Positions 49,896-59,092 of a DNA stretch of 64,000 nt are shown one piece after another. Position 1 is the stretch's first letter. Every line of letters starts with the position of its first letter. The translations under genes were made by a program, and so were the position numbers. The notes beneath the pieces are model-generated. The model did not search any database. It was not told where the DNA came from and was given only the letters and a program-made list of their open reading frames with translations. The stretch comes from an uncultured Gammaproteobacteria bacterium (GTDB lineage Bacteria > Patescibacteriota > Microgenomatia > UBA1406 > GWC2-37-13): the NCBI GenBank assembly GCA_964452355.1, contig CAYVKV010000003.1:31152-95151 (forward strand), read 5' to 3'.

Positions 49896-50564
49896 ATGCA
49901 AAATGTTGGATTTAATTCATTGAGAATACGCAGCCTCTTCTTGATTGCAGTGCTCTTATTAAGCTTATTGCTGCCATCAATGAATAGATCAATCATCCAA
50001 GCAGCAGATACACCAACGCCGTCGCCAATAACTCCAACAGTGACTCCAATTACTCCAACCGCAACGCCAATAACTCCAACAGTGACTCCAATTACTCCAA
50101 CCGCAACGCCAATAACTCCAACAGAAACGCCAACAAATACTCCAACACATTCTCCAACCCCTACCAATCAACCGGCAAATGTTGCCGTTGCTACAGCAAC
50201 TCCAACCGAAACCCCAACGCCATCTCCAACTCCTAAAGAAAAATCGACAGATATAACGCCCCCTGACTTGATCGATTCTGAATTACCGGAAAATACAATG
50301 ATTGGCCCACCAGCACCGCGTCAGATGATGAGACAACCGGGACAACAAAATCCTCAGGGACAAGTAAAATCTTCATTTGATGAAGGGGGTCCCGACAATA
50401 TTTTGGATAGTAAGCCAAAAGGTGGTAGTAGTGGGGTAATAAAAATCTTTGTCACGGTAATCGCGCTTACCATAGCAGGAGTAGTCGGCTGGATTGCCAT
50501 TCAATCAAATAAACCTATGGACATTGCAAAAGATAATGACGAGAGCGAGCAACCCATAGAATAG
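49896..50564 (+). CDS. Secreted Thr/Pro-repeat protein with QGQVKS motif and C-terminal TM anchor
   Basis: 222 aa. Signal peptide (..SIIQA|AD), (PITPTVTPITPTAT)n repeats, NPQGQVKSSF, and the TM VIKIFVTVIALTIAGVVGWIAI plus an acidic tail. Starts 8 nt after the flippase stop. Confidence 0.75.
   Translation: MQNVGFNSLRIRSLFLIAVLLLSLLLPSMNRSIIQAADTPTPSPITPTVTPITPTATPITPTVTPITPTATPITPTETPTNTPTHSPTPTNQPANVAVATATPTETPTPSPTPKEKSTDITPPDLIDSELPENTMIGPPAPRQMMRQPGQQNPQGQVKSSFDEGGPDNILDSKPKGGSSGVIKIFVTVIALTIAGVVGWIAIQSNKPMDIAKDNDESEQPIE
50024..50125 (+). repeat. 42-nt tandem repeat (~2.4 units) in the Thr/Pro linker
   Basis: 50024-50065 is identical to 50066-50107, and a partial third unit begins at 50108. 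Each unit encodes PITPTVTPITPTAT. Confidence 0.9.
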
Positions 50565-50656
50565 ATTTTATCCTATAAAAATTCATTCAAAGGAAGTCAA
50601 CTCATCGTCTTTTCGATCAAATATTGTTATTCCTATACAAATCTTGTATCCTATTT

Positions 50657-53049
50657 ATGATGACTACAAGTGTAAAAATTATTTTTAAGATATTCCTTAT
50701 TGGTCTATTCTTCCTTTTTATACCAAGAGAGATATATATGGCGGTGAAATAAAATGGTATCCGATCACAGAGCATAAAGAAATACAAATTAAGCAGAGTA
50801 CCGATAAATCCTTCTTTACCAAAACGGTGAAGCTGCCTTGGAAATCAGGAAAGATTGTATTAAGTGGAAGCAAGGACGGGACTATGCCAGCAAATATCGG
50901 ATGGCACATTGAAATAAAAAATGCAGCAAGTACTTTTTTATACTCAAATTCGGGCGGTTTAAATGGGTGCGAATATGTTCTTATGGAACCACTTCCCATA
51001 ACTCACCTCCTCCATCGAGGGGAAAATACGATCATCATTACATTCTTAAATCCATGCAATCATGCATTAACCGCTCAGGATATTGGACCGCTCTATATTG
51101 TTCATTTTGACGATTACATTCCCGCAGATAAACCCTTTTTGGACCTCCCGTGGGATTACACCGCAGATGGTAAAAAATTTGAAGACGTCGCGTATCGATT
51201 GAGTTCAAATATCGACCATCAACAACCGCTTCTTGGATCAGAGTTTTATGAATCAGAGATTTATTCTCAGTCAGCGATTCTTTCTCAACAAAGAATAAAA
51301 CAGTCTCGTATCTATTCATCTCATGATGGGTATGACTGGTCGACGGATGCGGGCGTACATTATCTGGACCCAGTACTTGCAGCGGCTCCCGGATGGGCTT
51401 CATATCATTATGAAAAAAGCACCGCAAATGCTATTTTTATCGATCATGAAAACGGATATCAAACACGCTATTACTTTCTTTCACCTGAAGATCTTGTTAC
51501 GCATTCGGCAGAAAAGGTCTGGGTTCAGGATCGCCAACCGATAGGAAGAGTGGGAATTTCCAGCGACGACATTGCTGAGGAAAATTCAGGTGCGCATATC
51601 CATTTCACCGTTATCAAAGACAAAAATGGTGATGGGAACTTTGATGATAATATCGTCGATGGGATCGTCGACCCCTTTGGAGATGAGATGGTATCAGAAG
51701 ACGCAGAGATTTCACCGCTATTATTTCAAAATACTGATCGGACGGGACGAAGAAGTGATTACCTCTGGAAAAAATCTTTAAAAAACAATACCCAGACAAT
51801 CTCATCAGAAAGGGTTGGCGATAGCACGTTTTTCAATAGTGCTTCAAATAGTAGCTTTACCTTTCCCAAGAAGCTCATTTCAAAAGATGTCATCCTTGAA
51901 ACTCTTGCAAAACCCGAAGTGGAAAATCCGGTCATTGAAAACAACTCAGATGAATCATTTCAGATGGTCGGCAATCGGGTTGCGGTGACCATTTCCGATG
52001 CTTACGGAAACCATATCACCGGATTCAACAAGCCATTTACCATTTCCTTCCAACTGAATGACGATGACATTGCTCGATATGACAAACAAACGCTTTCCAT
52101 TTACTCAAGTAATGACGGAGCTATTTGGAAACAAGAAGATACAAATATTGACTTTGAGAGAAATACAGCCTCAATAACCATAGCACATCTTACTGAATTT
52201 GCACTGATTGGCGAACAACTTGATACCACACCTCCCGTCACAACGGTTAATATCAGCGGGACACTTGATGGAGTAAATTATATCGCGCCCATAGAAATTA
52301 CAATGGGAGCCTCAGATGAACCTTCTGGGCAAAGCCTTGGAGTCGCTTTTATAGCCTACAAACTAAACGACGGACCATGGACGCACTATTCAATACCGCT
52401 ATCCCTTTCTGAAGCGGGGAATTATGTACTGGAATATTACTCTGAAGATGGCGATGGCAATGTCGAAACGACCAAACAAATGTCTTTTTCAATGATTAAC
52501 TCAACTCCAACAAATACACCGACACCGACGCTCACTTTCACACCGACAGCTACCCCAGTGACACCAGCTGCGCCGACGCATACGCCGATACCGACGGTCA
52601 CACCGATAACGCCGGGCGCACCTACCCATACGCCGACAGTGACGCTCACTTTCACACCGACACCGACGCTTAGTAATACACCAACTCCAACTCAGACCCT
52701 CACTCCAACACTGACGCTAACTGCTACTCCTACCAAATCGCCAACACCAACGCTTACACCGACAAGAACTCCAACCACTGCGCGCTTTTCAAATACGCCG
52801 ACACCCACGCCAACAAGTACCCCAGAACCCGTGAAAACGTTGGGGACATCTTCAATAGAAACAAATACAACTGATCCAACCAATCAAGGAGAGGTTAAGT
52901 CGATTTTTTTTGAAAATGACCCTGCTTCAAACTCTTCCAGTGATTTAACAAGACAAAAAAAACATATCGACTCGCTTATTTTTGCACTCATCATATGGAG
53001 TGTTACGGGTACGGGAGCATGTATCTATGTGATTAAGTATATTGAGTAA
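50657..53049 (+). pseudogene. M23-peptidase surface protein, paralog 1, split by a 2-nt frameshift between the signal peptide and the mature part
   Basis: ATG 50657..TAA 50752 encodes MMTTSVKIIFKIFLIGLFFLFIPREIYMAVK*. The frame open from 50689 continues ..YGGEIKWYPITEH.., homologous to the paralog N-termini. Deleting one AT from (AT)4 at 50732-50739 fuses the two frames with exact alignment length. Confidence 0.7.
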
Positions 53050-53115
53050 CTGCATTTCTCTTTCTGTTTTGAAATGTAGTTACAAAATGGTCGATTTAAT
53101 TGGTAGGATAAGGAT

Positions 53116-55368
53116 ATGAATCGTTCTCAGATAGTGAGTGCTATTCTTATTTGCCTTACTGTTTTGTCTACTGCACCAATCATATTTGGGATAGAAACGC
53201 GTTCATATCTTGTGACCGATTATCAGGTAGTCACTAAAAATCCACGTCTCGACAAAGTTGTGTACCACAAAAGCATGATGATTCCCTGGAAATCGGGAAA
53301 AGTGATCATCAGTGGCAATCCGGAGGGCACCGCATCAGCAAATATTGGATGGGAAATCCAACTGTCTAACAATCAAAAAAGCTCATCTGCTTTTATCTAC
53401 AACAATGCAGGAAATTCCTTTTCCTGTCTTGACAAAGAAATGCCGCCACTTACGATGACACATCTCATGAATGAGGGAGATAACTCAATTCTTGTCCGTT
53501 TCTACCGTCCATGTAATAGTTCATACACTTCGCTCGATATCGGACCCGTATACATTGTCCACTTTGATGATTCTGAACCATCAGATGAACCATTTTTAGA
53601 TCTTCCCTGGGATTATGCGGCTGATTCTAAGAGGTTTGAGGAAGTGGCACTCCGGGCAATTTCAACCTTTGATCATGCATATCCATTGTCAAGCACGCTC
53701 ATAAGTGAACCTGATGAATATGAAAACGGCACGGTATTTTTTGATGGAAGCGTTGAGATCAAAAAGAATACTTCTTCCCATGATGGCTATGACTGGGCAG
53801 CTCATGCCGGAGTCATGTTGAATGATTCAGTACTTGCAGCAGCTCCGGGTTTTGCGACTTATCACTCGGATAAAAAGAGTGGAAATGCGATATTTATCGA
53901 TCACGACAATGGATACCAGACCCGATACTATCATCTGTCTGCAGAAAATCTCGTGACCATCTCTGCAACTCCGATTTGGGTTCTTGACCGTCAAAAGATT
54001 GGTGAGGTGGGATTTACCGGTTCAATCAATACATATGAACCACCGGGCGCACATATCCATTTCATGGTCGTGAAAGACAAAAATGGAAATGGATCATTTG
54101 ATGACAATATTCCCGATGGAATTGTGGATCCTTTTGGATGGCAGGGGAGTGGGGAAGACCCATGGAGATCATATTCATTTACACTCAATGGAAAGGAACA
54201 GACTGGAATACGAAGTACATATTTGTGGAAAAAATCTCTGAAACCAAGCTTGCAGTCAGTGACTTCCGGAGGAGCAAAGATCAAAAATAGTGCGACAAAT
54301 ACTACATTTGAGTTTCCCTCAAACATTGTGTCTCAAGATACCATTTTCTCTTCAAGGGCACGTGCAATGGTACTCAATCCCAAGATCGGTGGTCAAACAT
54401 CGGATACCTTCATATCAATTGGAAGTGTCGCATCAGCAGATATTACAGACGGTTTTGATAAGTTCATTACAACATTCTCCAAAAATTTTATCCTTACCTT
54501 CTCCTTTCAGACCAATGATGTACTCCGCTATAATCCCAACTCCCTCTCTGTATATTCTCAAACAGGTGATGAAGACTGGAAGCTGGAAGAAACAATCCGC
54601 GATGATACAAAAAAGGAAGCGTCAGCGCAGATCAACCATTTTTCAAAGTTTGCCTTATTGGGAGAAAAGCTTGATTCGATTGCCCTGGTTACTACCATTG
54701 AGGTGAGTGGCACAAAAAAAGGAGAGTACTTTACCTCCCCGGTCACCATGACGTTAAGCGCTATCGATACACCGACCGATACCAGTTTGGGGGTACTTTA
54801 TTCAGGGTACAGTATCAATGGGAATACATGGAAAAAATATTTGACTCCCACACCCATATCGGATGAAGGCACCTATTCGGTTGAATATTTTTCTGAAGAT
54901 GGCGATGGCAATGTCGAAGTCACCAAAGCACTTTCATTTGTTATCAATTTTAATCCTCCAACACCCACGTCAACGGTCATGCCAACATCAACAGCAACAC
55001 CGACAGCAACTCCAACCCAGACACCTACACAAACACCCACACCTACCGCTTCATCAAACTCAGGAGGTACAAGCACAACACATACCCCAACTCCTCCTTT
55101 TTCTCCGACAAAAGTACCAACCACTCAGATAGTAAAGAAGGTGAAAAGCCCTATCCCAACAACGCCTCGTGAGTCAGACAACCAAGGAGAAGTGAAGTCT
55201 GCCTATGCTGCCGAAAATGGGGAAGAGGTCCTGCCAGAGGAAGAATTATTTCCATCAATAAGTTTTAGAAACGTATTTGTCATGATTGTCGTACTGATCA
55301 CCGCACTAATACTTGTTTGGTACAAAATACATAAAGAGCATTTTAGACGCGAAAAAACAACTCAATAA
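53116..55368 (+). CDS. M23-peptidase surface protein, paralog 2 (signal peptide, N-domain, M23 domain, Ig-like domain, Thr/Pro linker, QGEVKS motif, TM anchor)
   Basis: 750 aa. M23 motifs SSHDGYDW (HxxxD) and GAHIHF (HxH), YFSEDGDGNVE in the Ig-like module, a TP linker, DNQGEVKS, and the TM VFVMIVVLITALILVWY plus a basic tail. Confidence 0.85.
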   Translation: MNRSQIVSAILICLTVLSTAPIIFGIETRSYLVTDYQVVTKNPRLDKVVYHKSMMIPWKSGKVIISGNPEGTASANIGWEIQLSNNQKSSSAFIYNNAGNSFSCLDKEMPPLTMTHLMNEGDNSILVRFYRPCNSSYTSLDIGPVYIVHFDDSEPSDEPFLDLPWDYAADSKRFEEVALRAISTFDHAYPLSSTLISEPDEYENGTVFFDGSVEIKKNTSSHDGYDWAAHAGVMLNDSVLAAAPGFATYHSDKKSGNAIFIDHDNGYQTRYYHLSAENLVTISATPIWVLDRQKIGEVGFTGSINTYEPPGAHIHFMVVKDKNGNGSFDDNIPDGIVDPFGWQGSGEDPWRSYSFTLNGKEQTGIRSTYLWKKSLKPSLQSVTSGGAKIKNSATNTTFEFPSNIVSQDTIFSSRARAMVLNPKIGGQTSDTFISIGSVASADITDGFDKFITTFSKNFILTFSFQTNDVLRYNPNSLSVYSQTGDEDWKLEETIRDDTKKEASAQINHFSKFALLGEKLDSIALVTTIEVSGTKKGEYFTSPVTMTLSAIDTPTDTSLGVLYSGYSINGNTWKKYLTPTPISDEGTYSVEYFSEDGDGNVEVTKALSFVINFNPPTPTSTVMPTSTATPTATPTQTPTQTPTPTASSNSGGTSTTHTPTPPFSPTKVPTTQIVKKVKSPIPTTPRESDNQGEVKSAYAAENGEEVLPEEELFPSISFRNVFVMIVVLITALILVWYKIHKEHFRREKTTQ

Positions 55369-55438
55369 ATGTAATACATATGTAGTTACATATGAATTAC
55401 TCTTGCATTCAGAGACCGGACTTGCTACCTTATAAATA

Positions 55439-57706
55439 ATGACTTGGTGTCTTTCACACACCATAAAAACTCTCATCATAATTTTAGTATTCTTTTGGTA
55501 TGCTCCAGAAATATATGCCTTTGAAATCCGATCGTATCTGGTGACTGATCATCGAGTAATTACCAAAAACCCCTATCTGGATAAGGTTGTCTTTTATACC
55601 AATGTCTCACTCCCCTGGAAATCAGGAAGGGTCGTCGTGAGTGGAAGTCCCGATGGCACAAAACCGGCAAATATCGGATGGGAGCTCCAGATCTACAATA
55701 GCAAAAGCAGCTCAAAATCATTTCGCTACAACAACGCAGATCAAATATTTACCTGTCTCGACAAAGATATGCCGCCACTCAATATTTCTCACCTGTTCTT
55801 GGAAGGTGACAATACCTTTTTAGTCCGCTTTTACCGACCATGCAACAATGCGTTTTCATCACTTGATATCGGACCCATATACTTTGTACATTTTGATGAC
55901 TATGAGATCTCGGATGAACCATTTTTGGATCTTCCGTGGGATTATGCAGGAGACGACATGAGATTCGAGGAAGCTGCCCTTCGGATGAGCTCGTATTTTG
56001 ATCATGAGTATCCTTTGTTGAGCACGAGTTTGAGAGAGCCAGATGCGACAGATCAAACTACTATAATCTTTGATAATTTATTAAGAGTAAATAAAGAATA
56101 TTCTTCACATGACGGCTATGACTGGGCACGATCTGCAGGGGCAGTTCTGAATGACCCAGTGCTTGTCGCAGCCAGCGGTTGGGCGACGTATCATAGCAAT
56201 AAATATATTGGCAATGCGATCTTCATCGATCACGAAAATGGGTATCAAACGAGATATTATCATCTTTTGGAAAAGAATCTTTTCACCAAATCATCATCAA
56301 AAACATGGGTAAATGACCGTCAAAAAATTGGAGAGGTCGGTTTCTCCGGCAATGTACAACCATCTGGAAGTAAGGGCGCACATATCCATTTCATGGTCGT
56401 GAAGGACAAAGATGGAAATGGATCATTTGATGATAATATCCCCGATGGAATTGTTGATCCCTTTGGATGGCACGGGAGTGGAGAGGATCCATGGAGATCA
56501 TATTCATTTACCCTGGGCGGAGAAGAACGAACAGGTATGAGAAGTACATACCTATGGATTAAATCTCTGAAAGATGGATCCTCAACCCTCACCTCTGACG
56601 GAGGAACGTTTACCAATAGTGGCTCAAATACGACATTTAACTTCCCATTTCAAGTTGTCTCCCACGATGCAGTCTTTGATTCGGTCACCAGACCTCCGGT
56701 CAGCAAACCAATCATAAGTGGCATCGTCGAGGAAACTCTTGCATCAGTCGGAAATACCGTCACCGCAATCGTGCGGGACGGTTTTGACAATCTGATCACT
56801 TTTTTTACCAAAAAATTTACCCTCATTTTTTCATTTGAGGATACGGATATCAAAAGATTTGATCCAAATACGCTATCGATATATTCAAGCTCCGATGGAA
56901 AGACATGGCAAAAAGAAGATACCGTGATAGATACTGCAAAAAAACAAGCAACCGCAAAACTCAACCATATGACAGAGTTTGCACTCATGGGGAAAAAACT
57001 GGACATACTCGCACCCGTCACCACAATTGAAATAAACGGAACAAAAGAAGGAGGCTACTACACCACACCTGTCCAGTTTATTTTAAACGCACAGGATGAA
57101 CCGAAAGATACCAGTCTTGGTATTTTATATACCGGATACCGTATCAATGATGAAGTGTGGACGACGTATTCCAGCCCGGTGACACTATCTGATGAAGGGA
57201 ACTATACCATCGAGTACTACTCAGAAGATGGCGACGGAAATGGAGAGACAGCAAGCCAAGTGAGTATTACTATTGACTTCACCCCTCCTACTCCTACCCT
57301 GACTATCGAACAAACCCAAACATCCACTCCAACGCCAACTCCTATACCTCAATCGACGATAACTCAAACACCGACAATGACTCAAACTCCAACGTATACG
57401 ATTGCTCCTACTCCTACTCATACTCCCACAACGCTACCAACTCCAACACAAACCCCCAAACCTCTCGCGACTCAAACGACTGTCCCAACTCCAAAAGCAT
57501 CCATTCCTGACGATCAAGGAGAAGTGAAATCCGTATTTGCTTCCGAAACAGGAGGAACTGATTCAGACGCAATACAATTACACCCTTCATTCAGTTTCAG
57601 AAACATCTTTGTCATGTTGGTTTTTTTGACAACAGCACTCTTTCTCATATGGTATCGTTTTAGCAAACGATCATGTAATGGTAAACGCCTGATAAAAAAG
57701 ATATAA
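55439..57706 (+). CDS. M23-peptidase surface protein, paralog 3 (same architecture)
   Basis: 755 aa. SSHDGYDW, GAHIHF, YYSEDGDGNGE, a TP linker, DDQGEVKS, and the TM IFVMLVFLTTALFLIWY plus a basic tail. Confidence 0.85.
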   Translation: MTWCLSHTIKTLIIILVFFWYAPEIYAFEIRSYLVTDHRVITKNPYLDKVVFYTNVSLPWKSGRVVVSGSPDGTKPANIGWELQIYNSKSSSKSFRYNNADQIFTCLDKDMPPLNISHLFLEGDNTFLVRFYRPCNNAFSSLDIGPIYFVHFDDYEISDEPFLDLPWDYAGDDMRFEEAALRMSSYFDHEYPLLSTSLREPDATDQTTIIFDNLLRVNKEYSSHDGYDWARSAGAVLNDPVLVAASGWATYHSNKYIGNAIFIDHENGYQTRYYHLLEKNLFTKSSSKTWVNDRQKIGEVGFSGNVQPSGSKGAHIHFMVVKDKDGNGSFDDNIPDGIVDPFGWHGSGEDPWRSYSFTLGGEERTGMRSTYLWIKSLKDGSSTLTSDGGTFTNSGSNTTFNFPFQVVSHDAVFDSVTRPPVSKPIISGIVEETLASVGNTVTAIVRDGFDNLITFFTKKFTLIFSFEDTDIKRFDPNTLSIYSSSDGKTWQKEDTVIDTAKKQATAKLNHMTEFALMGKKLDILAPVTTIEINGTKEGGYYTTPVQFILNAQDEPKDTSLGILYTGYRINDEVWTTYSSPVTLSDEGNYTIEYYSEDGDGNGETASQVSITIDFTPPTPTLTIEQTQTSTPTPTPIPQSTITQTPTMTQTPTYTIAPTPTHTPTTLPTPTQTPKPLATQTTVPTPKASIPDDQGEVKSVFASETGGTDSDAIQLHPSFSFRNIFVMLVFLTTALFLIWYRFSKRSCNGKRLIKKI

Positions 57707-57726
57707 ATAAATTATTGAACAAAAAT

Positions 57727-58254
57727 ATGAAATATAGAAAAATAACTAAAAAACACCATATCATTTTTCTCATTGCACTGACAGCAATATTTATGCTTGC
57801 ATGGGGTATTTTTTACCAAAATTCATTGTCTGCAAAAAGAAAAATTCAGATAGAAAAGACTCAGGATTTTTACAAGTCAAAAATTTTAAAATATCAATTT
57901 GCTTATCCTGAAAAATATAAGCTATCAGAAACGACAAATACTATAACAATTCGTGATGATAGCAAATCTATAGTTATTGATAAAATATACGGCTATTCAA
58001 ATTCTACAAAAGAGTATATAGAAGACTTGGTTTTAAAAAATAAACTAGAAATATCTCAACTCAACAATGAATCGGAATATGGATTTGATGTATACACGAT
58101 CAATTTTGAAATTAATGAATCTCAAGAAATTCTTTTCATAAAAAACATAGACACGGATACATTCGTCTCCATCTCCACCTCCTCGCCCGAGCTCTATGAT
58201 GAGCTTGAGCAGATCGCTGCTTCATTTGAGTACCTTGGCAATAGCGAAAACTAG
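57727..58254 (+). CDS. Hypothetical membrane-anchored protein
   Basis: ATG at 57727 (the track start 57715 is TTG). N-terminal TM IIFLIALTAIFMLAWGIFY and a ~140 aa extracytoplasmic domain with no recognisable motifs. Confidence 0.5.
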   Translation: MKYRKITKKHHIIFLIALTAIFMLAWGIFYQNSLSAKRKIQIEKTQDFYKSKILKYQFAYPEKYKLSETTNTITIRDDSKSIVIDKIYGYSNSTKEYIEDLVLKNKLEISQLNNESEYGFDVYTINFEINESQEILFIKNIDTDTFVSISTSSPELYDELEQIAASFEYLGNSEN

Positions 58255-58263
58255 TTTTCTTTG

Positions 58264-58269
58264 TATAAT
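58264..58269 (+). promoter_or_regulatory. Candidate -10 box (TATAAT) 10 nt upstream of the GT2 ATG at 58280
   Basis: Perfect TATAAT. It overlaps the in-frame ATG at 58268, which favours 58280 as the start. Confidence 0.3.
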
Positions 58270-58279
58270 GAGTATTGCA

Positions 58280-59092
58280 ATGAGCGTACAAAAAACACAC
58301 TTCCTCAGTTTGATAATACCCGCATATAAACAAGAAAGGACAATTGTTGAGAATATTGTTCACATTCAAGATGCACTCGCAGCAATCCGATATGACCATG
58401 AGATTATTGTTGTCGTGGATGGGAAAGTAGATCAGACCGTAGAAAAGCTAAAAAAAGCACAGCTTTCTAAAGTCAAAATTGTATCCTACACCGAAAACCA
58501 GGGCAAAAGCTATGCAATTCGAGTGGGCATGCATGAGGCAATCGGAGACTATGTCATGTTTATGGATTCGGGTCTTGAGATAGATCCAAATGGCATATCA
58601 ATGCTCTTGGAACACATGGAATGGTATGAGGCTGACATTATTGTGGGATCCAAACGACACCCAGCATCACTCATCAGCTATTCTCTTTCTCGAAAAATTC
58701 TCAGTTATGGGTATTATTATTTTGTGAAACTGTTGTTTGGCGTTAATGTGCGAGACACCCAAGCGGGGATAAAAATTTACAAGAAAAAAGTATTGGAAAA
58801 AGTCCTTCCGAGACTTATTGAAAAAAAATTTGCAGGTGATTTGGAAATACTCGTTGTTGCAAAACAACTCGGATACAACCGTATTTTTGAGGCGCCGATC
58901 AAACTTGATTATCACCTAAGCGATCTCACTTCCGCTGCAACCTGGCAGTCAATACAAAATATATTTATGGATACACTTGGTATTTTTTATCGAAAAAATA
59001 TACTTCACTATTATGACCATCCAAAAAACAAAATGGCATATCCCGAAGATTTGAATATTTTTGAGTCTTCAGTTTCAACGAATACGAAATGA
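58280..59092 (+). CDS. GT2 polyprenol-phosphate sugar synthase-like glycosyltransferase (Ppm1/DPM1/CsbB/GtrB-like)
   Basis: LSLIIPAYKQERTIVENI...IIVVVDGKVDQT...ENQGKSYAIRVGMHEAIGDYVMFMDSGLEIDP. Soluble GT2 of ~270 aa. Alternative starts at 58268 and 58196. Confidence 0.8.
   Translation: MSVQKTHFLSLIIPAYKQERTIVENIVHIQDALAAIRYDHEIIVVVDGKVDQTVEKLKKAQLSKVKIVSYTENQGKSYAIRVGMHEAIGDYVMFMDSGLEIDPNGISMLLEHMEWYEADIIVGSKRHPASLISYSLSRKILSYGYYYFVKLLFGVNVRDTQAGIKIYKKKVLEKVLPRLIEKKFAGDLEILVVAKQLGYNRIFEAPIKLDYHLSDLTSAATWQSIQNIFMDTLGIFYRKNILHYYDHPKNKMAYPEDLNIFESSVSTNTK

Noticed and set aside
50729-50752. Programmed ribosomal frameshift joining the signal peptide to the mature M23 protein.
   Set aside because: There is no X XXY YYZ slippery heptamer or obvious downstream stimulatory structure. 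The offset is exactly one unit of an AT dinucleotide tract, which points to slipped-strand mutation or a sequencing error instead.
50827-50829. GTG at 50827 as the start codon of M23 paralog 1, as in the ORF track.
   Set aside because: Homology to paralogs 2 and 3 continues about 35 codons upstream in the same frame (open from 50689). The matching signal peptide lies in another frame starting at 50657, so the locus is better described as frameshifted.
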